Program-made: the position numbers and the translations under genes
The notes under the pieces: generated by a model
What the model saw: the letters and a program-made list of their open reading frames with translations, nothing else
What the model was told of the DNA's origin: nothing
Databases searched by the model: none
Assembly: GCA_044229445.1 (NCBI GenBank)
Contig: JBGASX010000003.1
Coordinates: 20,836 to 84,835 of the forward strand
DNA length: 64,000 bases
Direction: 5' to 3'
Origin: Gemmatimonadales bacterium
GTDB taxonomy: Bacteria > Gemmatimonadota > Gemmatimonadetes > Gemmatimonadales > GWC2-71-9
Shown: positions 56,810 through 64,000 of the stretch, piece after piece
Layout: each line of letters begins with the position of its first letter
Position numbering within the stretch: the first letter of the stretch is position 1

Positions 56810-57702
56810 GCCATGATCTCGTGCAGGCGGAAGTGGAACTTGCCGAGCTTGCCGCCATAGTTGCCCGCACTGATCCGGCGGATGCCGTTGGCCGCTCCGA
56901 GCTTCACCACGGCGTCGATCCCGGCCCGCATGGACGCGGAGATGTCCGGCGCGGTGAGGCCGTCGATCACGATCTCCATCACCGAGCCGATCTCCGGGGA
57001 GAGCTGGGTGCGGGTGACGCCGCGGATCGTGGGGCAGAAGGCATCGTTGGTCGAAGCACCGAGCGCCTTGTACTTCGAGCCGACCTTGGAGCCGGAGCGG
57101 ACCACGCCGCCGGGGAATGGCATGATGACGTTCGGCACCTTCCGCATCGCGGTGATCGCCGCCTCACACGCTGTCAGCGCCTGCGGCTGCGACTCGGCCA
57201 GCACCAGGAAGTTGCCGCCGCCGACCGCCGGCACGACATCCGTCGTCTCCTCGACCAGGAACTCGCCGTCCATCACCGGCACGCGCCAGTAGCGCCGCCC
57301 GGCGATCAGCTTGGAGGACTGGAACCCGTCGCCGAAGAAGCGGAGGTTCTTGCCCAGCGCGATCGGCTCTCCGCCGGTGGTGCCGGCAAAGGCGGCACTC
57401 GTCGGCGAGGTGAGGACGCACTGGCCGATGCGCCGCTCGATCTGCTTCGCGAGCTCCTTGCCGGAGACCGCGAAGAAGAGGGCGGAGACGCCGGGGCGGC
57501 CGTCGGGGGTTTCGGCCGGGCTCATCTCGCGCTCGATCCCCGCCTCACACCCGCAGGCGATCACCGAGGTGGCGAACCCGGTCGCCGCATTCGCGGCGTT
57601 GTACGCCCAGGTCAGGTTCTGGGCGGTGATGAGGACCCGCGTCGCCTTCATGCCGAAGGCCTCCGCGAACTCATCGTCGATGGTGACGCCGTTGAGAATC
57701 AT
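56806..57702 (-). CDS. fhcD: formylmethanofuran:tetrahydromethanopterin formyltransferase (Ftr homologue)
   Basis: ORF 56806..58254 trimmed to ATG 57702. MILNGVTIDDEFAEAFGMKATRVLITA matches the Ftr N-terminus. 298 aa. ATGA overlap with fhcC. Confidence 0.9.
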   Translation of the reverse strand: MILNGVTIDDEFAEAFGMKATRVLITAQNLTWAYNAANAATGFATSVIACGCEAGIEREMSPAETPDGRPGVSALFFAVSGKELAKQIERRIGQCVLTSPTSAAFAGTTGGEPIALGKNLRFFGDGFQSSKLIAGRRYWRVPVMDGEFLVEETTDVVPAVGGGNFLVLAESQPQALTACEAAITAMRKVPNVIMPFPGGVVRSGSKVGSKYKALGASTNDAFCPTIRGVTRTQLSPEIGSVMEIVIDGLTAPDISASMRAGIDAVVKLGAANGIRRISAGNYGGKLGKFHFRLHEIMA

Positions 57703-57707
57703 GTCGC

Positions 57708-59369
57708 TCAGCGCCGGCAGGGATGGGTGACCACGTCCGCGCCATGCCCGAAGGCGTGCATCTCGTCGGCCGAGATGCGCAGGTGATCGGCCCGCATGGT
57801 CTGATAGCGGTCGAAGTGATCCTTGAGGCGCCGCTCGATCCCGCGGTCGAATTCCGGCTGCACCGTGTGATACCGGCCCCAGGTCACCTTCACGACCTTG
57901 CCGTCGCGTACGATCACGTCGCCGTCCTTGAAGACGTACTCGGGCGCCGAGAACATCCGCTCGCGGTCGGGCTCGTCGCGGTAGACGGTGATGTCCGCCA
58001 GCGCGCCCGGCGCGAGGTGCCCGAGATCGGTGAGGCCGAGCAGCCTGGCCGGTGCCGCGCGGGTCAGGATGGCAATCTCGTACAGCGAGTACTCCCGGTC
58101 GATGCTGCCGACGGTCGTCAGTGCCTGCGCATCCGGGTTGAGCAGCCCGAGTCGCTCGTTGCGGAAGGTCCGGTCCATGAGCAGCCGGATCAGGTGCGGG
58201 TAGGTGGTGAACGGGGCCCCGTTGGGATGGTCCGTCGTGAGGAAGACCCGCCACGGGTCATTCACCAGGAGGAAGATCTCGAGGCCCACCGCCCACTGCA
58301 GCGCGTTGACGAAGTTCTTGTCGCGGTACTTGAAGGGCAGCACGCCGCAGCCGGCGTCGCACTCGATGTCCATCACCACGAACTTCTTCGGGTTGGCGAG
58401 CCCCGAGTTCCGGTGCTGCGTCATGCTGTCGCCGGAGGCGGTGACCGTCTGCCCGAAGAGGATCTGCCCGACGTCGCAGCTCGCGTTCGGGGTCCCGTTG
58501 ATCGCCTCCGCCACCCGCGCCGCGGCCGACGAGAACTTCCGGTCGCCCTCGGTGCCGTAGCTGTGGAACTGGATGTGGGTGAGGTGGATCGGCAGCCCCT
58601 CGGAGGCGCGAATCGTGCCGAGCGTCGTGTCGACGTTGCCCGGCAGTCCGAGGTTGCTGCTGTGCACGTGCAGGGGGTGCGGCACGCCGAGCTCGTGCAC
58701 TGCGCGGCTCAGCACCCGGAGGATGTCCCGCGGCGTGATGCCGTAGTACGGGTGCTTCTCGTCCAGCTCCATCTTCCGCTGGTTGAACTTGAATGCGGAA
58801 ATCCCGCCCGGATTGACGACTTTGATCCCGATGCAGTGCGTCGCGTGCAGCGTCCAGGCGACGTAGTCATTGATCAGCTTCTGGTCTTCCCCCGCCGCCA
58901 TCAGGCGGAGCAGGAAATCATCGCTGCCCAGCATGACGTAGCCGCCCTTGTCCACCATCGGCGTGTCGCCCATCTCGAGATGGGCCTGGCGCGCGTTCAC
59001 CGGGAGAATGGCCGGCTCGAAGCAGGCCGTGTATCCCATCTCGGCGTAGCGATAGCCGGTCGCGAACGTGCCGGGGGCCGCGTGCCCGCAGGAGGCGCGG
59101 GTGAGCGCGGTGCGGGCGACGGGGTCGGCGCGGTGATCCTCGGGCAGCATCGCGCGCGCGATGTTGAGCTTCCCGCCGCCGATGTGGGTATGCATGTCGA
59201 TCGCCCCCGCCATCACCACCCGGCCGGTGAGGTCGATTTCCTGGTCGATCCGTTCGTCGGGCGCGGGCGTGGCCGCGATCCGGCCGTCGCGCACGTACAG
59301 GTCACGAATCTCCCCGTTCACGCCGTTCGCGGGATCGTAGACCCGGCCACCCTTCAGCTTGAGCAGCAT
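57708..59369 (-). CDS. fhcA: formyltransferase/hydrolase complex subunit A (FwdA-like amidohydrolase)
   Basis: 553 aa. MLLKLKGGRVYDP..., GAIDMHTHIGGGK and HVHSSNLG. Confidence 0.9.
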   Translation of the reverse strand: MLLKLKGGRVYDPANGVNGEIRDLYVRDGRIAATPAPDERIDQEIDLTGRVVMAGAIDMHTHIGGGKLNIARAMLPEDHRADPVARTALTRASCGHAAPGTFATGYRYAEMGYTACFEPAILPVNARQAHLEMGDTPMVDKGGYVMLGSDDFLLRLMAAGEDQKLINDYVAWTLHATHCIGIKVVNPGGISAFKFNQRKMELDEKHPYYGITPRDILRVLSRAVHELGVPHPLHVHSSNLGLPGNVDTTLGTIRASEGLPIHLTHIQFHSYGTEGDRKFSSAAARVAEAINGTPNASCDVGQILFGQTVTASGDSMTQHRNSGLANPKKFVVMDIECDAGCGVLPFKYRDKNFVNALQWAVGLEIFLLVNDPWRVFLTTDHPNGAPFTTYPHLIRLLMDRTFRNERLGLLNPDAQALTTVGSIDREYSLYEIAILTRAAPARLLGLTDLGHLAPGALADITVYRDEPDRERMFSAPEYVFKDGDVIVRDGKVVKVTWGRYHTVQPEFDRGIERRLKDHFDRYQTMRADHLRISADEMHAFGHGADVVTHPCRR

Positions 59370-59373
59370 CGGT

Positions 59374-60654
59374 CTAGGCCTCCCCGTACGCAGTGACGAT
59401 GGCGGTCAGCGTCTCGGCGACGCTGGGCAGCGACGAGACCCGTAGCGGCGCGAGCGGCAGCGCGACGACCCGGTCGGTCCGGAAGAGATGGCCCGCATGG
59501 TCCACCCCCGGCGTCCCGACCGGGATGAACACCGCCGGCTCCCGCTCGAGCACCATCCCCTCGTGCCCGAGCACGATCGTCGGCGCCGAAGTCGCGGGAG
59601 GAGTCCGCGTGGGATTGAAACTCGAGATCCAGAGCAGCGCGTCCACCTCGCCCCGCTCCAGCATCCGCGCCGCAGCGTAGTGGTAGGAATCGTGTTCCGG
59701 AACGCCCTGACCGAAGGACGTCCGCGCACCAAAGCCGGTTTGCCACAGATGCACCGCATCCGAGGTCACGTCCCCTTCGCTCCCGGCGAGTGGAAGGCCG
59801 CTGAATCGCGTCTCCCGATTCAGGTCCTTCACCAGCTCGCAGAGACCCTGCACGGTCAGTTCGGCATGCGGGAAATCGAGGTCGGGGACTGCCCACGCCA
59901 TCACGCCGTAGCGCGCCGCCTTCATCCGGTCTGCCAGGGTCTTGAGCGTCGCGAGTGGAACGCCGCCGGCGCCGTCACCGCCAACCGGACGGCCCGCCAC
60001 AAGCGCTCGCAGCACGGCGAAGATTTCGTACAGCCGCGGGACATCGCACGGGATGGAACTCGGCGCGCCACCCGGCAGATTGAGGCCCTCGGGTGCCTTC
60101 GCGCCGAGGAAGATCACCTCGCACCGGCGGTCGTCGGCGAACAGCGTCTCCCGGTTCGCGATGCAGCGCTCGAAGAACCTGGGGTAGCGGCTCACGATGT
60201 CGCCGCCCGCCACGATCAGCAGGTCGGCGCGGTTCCGGATCTCCGACAGCGTCGTCGTGATCCAGCCGGTATCCTGCAGGACCCGGATGTTCCGAATCGC
60301 GGCCGGGCTGTTCATGTGGTCGAGGACGCCGCCGCACCGGTCCGCCAGTCGGCCCGCTGCCCGGGAACCCTCGACATCCGTACTGAGCCCGCCGATCAGC
60401 GGCTGCCGCGCCGAGCGGAGCAGTCGCGCCGCTTCGGCGGTCGCCTCGGCGAGGGTCGTGCTGCGCCCGCCGATGCGCGGACTGGCGCTGCCGCTGCCGA
60501 CACGCTCGAGCGCGGCGCGGGCGACGGCACAGCCGTTCGCCTTGACCGTCAGGCGGCCGGCGCTCGAGGCGACGACGAGATCGTCGCAGACCAGCCCGCA
60601 GAAGGGGCAGGCGACGTTGGACAGTTCGTCTGGAATCATCGGGGAGGCGGACAT
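59374..60654 (-). CDS. fhcB: formyltransferase/hydrolase complex subunit B (FwdB homologue)
   Basis: ORF 59374..60867 trimmed to ATG 60654: MSASPMIPDELSNVACPFCGLVCDDL..., a molybdopterin-oxidoreductase-like fold. 426 aa. Confidence 0.88.
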   Translation of the reverse strand: MSASPMIPDELSNVACPFCGLVCDDLVVASSAGRLTVKANGCAVARAALERVGSGSASPRIGGRSTTLAEATAEAARLLRSARQPLIGGLSTDVEGSRAAGRLADRCGGVLDHMNSPAAIRNIRVLQDTGWITTTLSEIRNRADLLIVAGGDIVSRYPRFFERCIANRETLFADDRRCEVIFLGAKAPEGLNLPGGAPSSIPCDVPRLYEIFAVLRALVAGRPVGGDGAGGVPLATLKTLADRMKAARYGVMAWAVPDLDFPHAELTVQGLCELVKDLNRETRFSGLPLAGSEGDVTSDAVHLWQTGFGARTSFGQGVPEHDSYHYAAARMLERGEVDALLWISSFNPTRTPPATSAPTIVLGHEGMVLEREPAVFIPVGTPGVDHAGHLFRTDRVVALPLAPLRVSSLPSVAETLTAIVTAYGEA

Positions 60655-60666
60655 GGTCAACGGAAC

Positions 60667-60675
60667 ATTATACCA
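60667..60675 (-). promoter_or_regulatory. extended -10 promoter element (TGGTATAAT) for the fhcBADC-mch operon
   Basis: The minus strand reads TGGTATAAT. The TATAAT ends 12 nt before the fhcB ATG and no SD lies between them, which implies a very short leader. Confidence 0.45.
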
Positions 60676-60683
60676 GCTAAGAT

Positions 60684-60697
60684 GTGTGAATGCACAC
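60684..60697. promoter_or_regulatory. short palindrome in the fhcB / ATP-grasp divergent spacer (operator candidate)
   Basis: GTGTG-AATG-CACAC at the -35 position relative to the TATAAT. The arms are only 5 bp. Confidence 0.2.
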
Positions 60698-60705
60698 GCA
60701 TCGCC

Positions 60706-61848
60706 ATGCATTCTGACACTGGGCCGCTGCTGATCGCCGCCGTGACGGGCCGGGCGCTCGCGGCCTCGGCGCGGCGCGCAGGCCGGCCGGTCGTGGTCCT
60801 CGACTACTTCGCCGACCGGGATACCTGCGCGCTCGCTGCCGCGTGTCGCCCGGTGGTCTCCGCACACGGGCTGCGATTCGACTGTCGCCAGCTCCTGGCC
60901 AGCGCCGAGGAACTCGCTCCGCGGGCGATGTCGACCGGTCTGGTCTACGGCTCCGGGTTCGAAGGACGCATTCCACTCCTCGCCCGCCTCGCCGCAGGGC
61001 GGCGCCTCTTCGGAAATTCACCCTCCGTGGTCACCACCCTGCGCCGTCCGGAGACCTTCTTCCCGCTGCTCGACCGGCTCGGCATCGAACATCCCGAGGT
61101 CTGCGCGGTCGCGCCAGCGGAAACCACTGGGTGGCTGATCAAGGAGCCCGGGGGTGCGGGGGGAACGCGTGTGCGCCCTGCGGGCCGCGGGCGGGTGCCC
61201 GCGTCGGCCTATTTCCAGCGTCGCATGCCGGGCACGCCCTGCTCGGTCCTCTTTCTCGCGAATGGCCGTGAGGCGTCCATCGTCGGCTTCAACCTGCAAT
61301 GGACCAGCAGTGTGCATCCGGGCCTCCCTTTTCTTTACGGTGGGGCGGTCGGATCCATACCGCTGCCGGCCTCGGTCGAACGGCAGATCCGCGAGCGTCT
61401 CGACGCGCTCGTCGAGGTGACCGGACTCGTAGGACTCAATGGCGTGGACTTCCTTCTCGATGGCGAGCGCTGGTCGGTCCTCGAGGTCAACCCGCGCCCG
61501 ACGGCGACGATGGAACTGTACGATGCGGACTACCCGCGCGGGCTCCTCGATGCGCACCTCCGTGCCTGCACCGGAGAGCTGCCGGACCCGGTGACCCCGG
61601 GCGGGATCTCCCGTGCAAGCAGCATCGTGCACGCGGCCCAGGCGTGGCAGGTGGACAACGCCTTCGAGTTTCCCGACTGGTGTCGGGACGTGCCGCAGCC
61701 CGGGACCCGCTTCGGGCCGGGTGACCCCGTCTGCACGGTGCACGCTGAGGCGGAGACACCGGACGCGGCGGTCACGCTGGTCCGAGAGCGGCACCAGCGG
61801 GCAGAACTGGCATTCGTCGAAGCGGCAGCCACCACGGTCGGGCCGTGA
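60706..61848 (+). CDS. ATP-grasp (carboligase-like) protein of the H4MPT/methanofuran gene set
   Basis: ORF 59488..61848 trimmed to ATG 60706 (alternative ATG 60682). MHSDTGPLLIAAVTGRALAASARRAGRPVVVLDYFAD..., GWLIKEPGGAGGTRV and LEVNPRPTATMEL. 380 aa. Confidence 0.7.
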   Translation: MHSDTGPLLIAAVTGRALAASARRAGRPVVVLDYFADRDTCALAAACRPVVSAHGLRFDCRQLLASAEELAPRAMSTGLVYGSGFEGRIPLLARLAAGRRLFGNSPSVVTTLRRPETFFPLLDRLGIEHPEVCAVAPAETTGWLIKEPGGAGGTRVRPAGRGRVPASAYFQRRMPGTPCSVLFLANGREASIVGFNLQWTSSVHPGLPFLYGGAVGSIPLPASVERQIRERLDALVEVTGLVGLNGVDFLLDGERWSVLEVNPRPTATMELYDADYPRGLLDAHLRACTGELPDPVTPGGISRASSIVHAAQAWQVDNAFEFPDWCRDVPQPGTRFGPGDPVCTVHAEAETPDAAVTLVRERHQRAELAFVEAAATTVGP

Positions 61849-62837
61849 AGATCTTCGTCTACGAGCATGTGACCGGAGGGGGCATGGCGCGCGAGACGCC
61901 GCCCTCCTCGCTGCTCCACGAGGCCGACCTCATGGCGCGAACTCTCGTCGAGGATCTCCTCGGCGCGGACGACGTGGAGCTCATTACCACCCGTGACGTT
62001 CGACTCGCTCCCATTCCCGGCGTGCGGTCGACCCCGGTGACCGCGAGCGACGATCTGCCGCGGATAGTTGCAGCGCTGATCGATGAGAGTGACGCAGTGT
62101 GGCCGACCGCTCCAGAGACCGGTGGTGTGCTCGCACACCTGGCCGAATCGGTGCTCGAGCGGGGCAGGGGCCTGCTCGGTTCGCGTCCTGAGGCCGTTCG
62201 TGTTGCCGCCAGCAAGCTCGCGACGGCGCGCACCCTGAGTGGTGCAGGAATCCCTGTGGTGGATACCTGGGATGCCGACAGGGAGATGCCCCCACGACCG
62301 GGGCGCTGGGTCATCAAGCCGGACGACGGCGCCGGTGCCGAGGGGGTTCGCCTCGCCGACGACTGGCGTGCTGCGCGCCAGTGCGTCGCCACATCCCCAG
62401 GACTCGTCGCGCAGCCATGGGTCGCGGGGGATGCGTTGAGTCTGTCTCTCCTCTGCGCCGCCGGCGCAGCCGAGCTGCTCTCCGTCAACCGTCAGCTGAT
62501 CCGACTCGAGGGCGAGGCGGTCGCGCTCGAGGGAATCGAGGTCAATGCGCTCACGGACGAGTCCGGCAGGTTCGCCGAGCTCGGTCGAGCGATCGCTTGC
62601 GCGATGCCTGGCCTCTGGGGCTACGTCGGTGTCGACCTGATCCGGGCGGCCGATTCCCTCCTGGTGCTGGAAGTGAACCCCAGGCTGACCACCTCCTACT
62701 GTGGACTCGGCCGGGCGCGCGGGATCAGCATCGCACGCAGGGTGCTCGCACTCTTCGCATCCGGGGTGCTGACGACTCACCCCGCCCTCCACCCCGGTTC
62801 GATCGAACGCCTCCGGCTGCAGGCATCTCATGCATGA
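61845..62837 (+). CDS. ATP-grasp protein, MfnD-like (tyramine-glutamate ligase candidate)
   Basis: 330 aa with a GTG start in a GTGA overlap. MKIFVYEHVTGGG..., WVIKPDDGAGAEGV and LLVLEVNPRLTTSY. Confidence 0.65.
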   Translation: MKIFVYEHVTGGGMARETPPSSLLHEADLMARTLVEDLLGADDVELITTRDVRLAPIPGVRSTPVTASDDLPRIVAALIDESDAVWPTAPETGGVLAHLAESVLERGRGLLGSRPEAVRVAASKLATARTLSGAGIPVVDTWDADREMPPRPGRWVIKPDDGAGAEGVRLADDWRAARQCVATSPGLVAQPWVAGDALSLSLLCAAGAAELLSVNRQLIRLEGEAVALEGIEVNALTDESGRFAELGRAIACAMPGLWGYVGVDLIRAADSLLVLEVNPRLTTSYCGLGRARGISIARRVLALFASGVLTTHPALHPGSIERLRLQASHA

Positions 62838-63873
62838 GAGCGCGGTGATCGGCTGGGATGTCGGCGGGGCGCACCTCAAGGCCGCCCGACTCGATTCGAC
62901 CGGTCGCGTCACTCAGGCGGTTCAGCTCCCGTGTCCGCTGTGGCAGGGGCTGGAGCACCTACATACCGCGATGGAGGAATTGCGCCGGCGCCTCGGTCAC
63001 GCACCGCTGCACGCGGTCACGATGACCGGCGAAATGGTCGATCTCTTCTCCGATCGGGCCGAAGGAGTCTCACGTCTCGTCGACGCGATCGAAGTGCTGC
63101 TTGAGGGCGGAGTGATCAGGTACTACGCCGGTGCGCTCGGCTTCCTCGATGCCACCGCCGCGAAGCGCGAGCCGGCCTCGGTCGCCTCCGCCAACTGGCT
63201 GGCGAGCGCCGCATTCGTCGCATCACGGCAGTCGACCGCGCTGTTCATCGACATCGGCAGTACCACGACCGACATCATCACGATCCGCGATGGCCGTGTC
63301 GTCGCCCAGGGTCGGGATGACTCGTCCCGGCTGGTCTCGGGAGAGCTGGTCTATACCGGCGTCGCCCGTACCCCGCTCATGGCCCTGAGCGACCGGGTGC
63401 CCTTCGGTGGCGCATCGGTCCCGCTGATGGCCGAGTACTTCGCGACGGCGGCGGATGTATACCGGTTGCTTGGGAGCCTCCCCGACGACGCGGACCAGCA
63501 TCCCGCAGCTGATGGAGGCGAGAAGACCGTCGAGGCCAGCGCGAGGCGCCTGGCCCGGATGATCGGCCGCGATGCGCGATCAGCTCCGCTGGCCGAGTGG
63601 AGGCGCCTCGCGGCGGCGTTCGCCGAGATCCAGCTGCAGCGCATCGCAGAGGGGTGTGCCCAGGTGTCTGCTCGCGCATCGCTGGACGCTGCCGCTCCGG
63701 TCGTCGCGGCCGGCGTCGGCCGGTTCCTGGTGGATGAGCTTGCGGGCCGCATCGGGAGGAGCGCACTCGACTTCGCGGGGCTGCTTCCGTGCGAGCCGGC
63801 ATTCGCGAGCCGCGCTGCCGACTGCGCTCCCGCCGTGGCGGTGGCCTGGCTCGCCCTGACGCAGCGCCCCTGA
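62830..63873 (+). CDS. hydantoinase-A/ASKHA-fold H4MPT-linked C1 pathway protein (MfnF-like candidate)
   Basis: 347 aa. MHESAVIGWDVGGAHLKAA..., ALFIDIGSTTTDII and SGELVYTGVARTP. 8-nt overlap with the previous gene. Confidence 0.65.
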   Translation: MHESAVIGWDVGGAHLKAARLDSTGRVTQAVQLPCPLWQGLEHLHTAMEELRRRLGHAPLHAVTMTGEMVDLFSDRAEGVSRLVDAIEVLLEGGVIRYYAGALGFLDATAAKREPASVASANWLASAAFVASRQSTALFIDIGSTTTDIITIRDGRVVAQGRDDSSRLVSGELVYTGVARTPLMALSDRVPFGGASVPLMAEYFATAADVYRLLGSLPDDADQHPAADGGEKTVEASARRLARMIGRDARSAPLAEWRRLAAAFAEIQLQRIAEGCAQVSARASLDAAAPVVAAGVGRFLVDELAGRIGRSALDFAGLLPCEPAFASRAADCAPAVAVAWLALTQRP

Positions 63874-63877
63874 GCTT

Positions 63878-64000
63878 TCAGCCGATGCCCAGCCGGTGTC
63901 TCGCTTCGGCCGGCGTGATGACGCGGAGGTAGTCGAGAACCGTGCCGCCTGACTCGCGGATACGCATCGTGTCGATCAGCGCCCGATGTTCACCGCCAGC
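63878..64000 (-). CDS. 3' end of an unidentified gene (partial)
   Basis: Own reverse translation to the window edge gives ...AGGEHRALIDTMRIRESGGTVLDYLRVITPAEARHRLGIG*, with GC3-rich codons. Only 40 codons are visible, so no family call. Confidence 0.4.
   Translation of the reverse strand, partial: AGGEHRALIDTMRIRESGGTVLDYLRVITPAEARHRLGIG

Noticed and set aside
53117-56860. Very long ORFs on the strand opposite to recognised genes. Examples are 53117..56860 (+, 1247 aa), 5734..7902 (-, 722 aa), 16294..18426 (-, 710 aa), 39030..40928 (+, 632 aa), 43080..45110 (+, 676 aa) and the 5' part of 2791..5943.
   Set aside because: They are shadow ORFs typical of high-GC DNA. Their composition is dominated by Arg/Gly/Ala/Pro/Asp and they show no family motifs. 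Each lies antisense to a gene with clear conserved motifs and GC3-rich codon usage.

Overview
High-GC, gene-dense window with about 60 CDS. It comes from a diderm bacterium, judging by OmpA, beta-barrel OMPs and many lipobox lipoproteins. I saw no rRNA, tRNA, CRISPR array, transposase, integrase or phage gene. The taxon cannot be assigned from the window alone. Left half (1-34 kb) carries envelope and housekeeping genes: an ABC exporter, PfpI, an SDR, a DmpA peptidase, an amidohydrolase, a fused E1 alpha/beta dehydrogenase, a Ser/Thr kinase, Lon, M28 and S9 peptidases, a TSP3-repeat OmpA and PfkA. It also holds a fully overlapped SBP / STAS-protein / permease / ATPase / CPBP-protease operon and a TrmB / Hpt-REC-GGDEF / TetR / dihaem cytochrome c string. 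Right half (34.8-64 kb) is one contiguous C1 (methylotrophy) island. It starts with lanthanide-type PQQ methanol dehydrogenase xoxF, xoxJ, two XoxG-like 4-Cys cytochromes c that flank a secreted pentapeptide-repeat protein, and a YVTN beta-propeller lipoprotein. Next come tetrahydromethanopterin genes (mptG, DUF447, pabAB, MptH-like, PCD-like, PTPS-like, CitG-like, RimK-like), methanofuran genes (mfnB, MfnE/D/F-like) and fhcBADC + mch. The best candidates for something undescribed are listed here. (1) The STAS-plus-unknown-domain protein and CPBP protease wired into an ABC importer operon. (2) A consensus-like promoter, a ~550-nt leader and an internal terminator-like hairpin in front of xoxF. 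(3) An exported tandem-EthD lipoprotein and a secreted S15 hydrolase embedded in cytoplasmic C1 cofactor operons. (4) A frame-broken CxxU (TGA) Rdx/SelW-like selenoprotein relic upstream of pfkA. (5) A perfect 21-bp long-range inverted heptamer repeat bracketing the M28 peptidase start codon. Many start codons are uncertain. The long ORFs antisense to real genes in the ORF track are high-GC artefacts.
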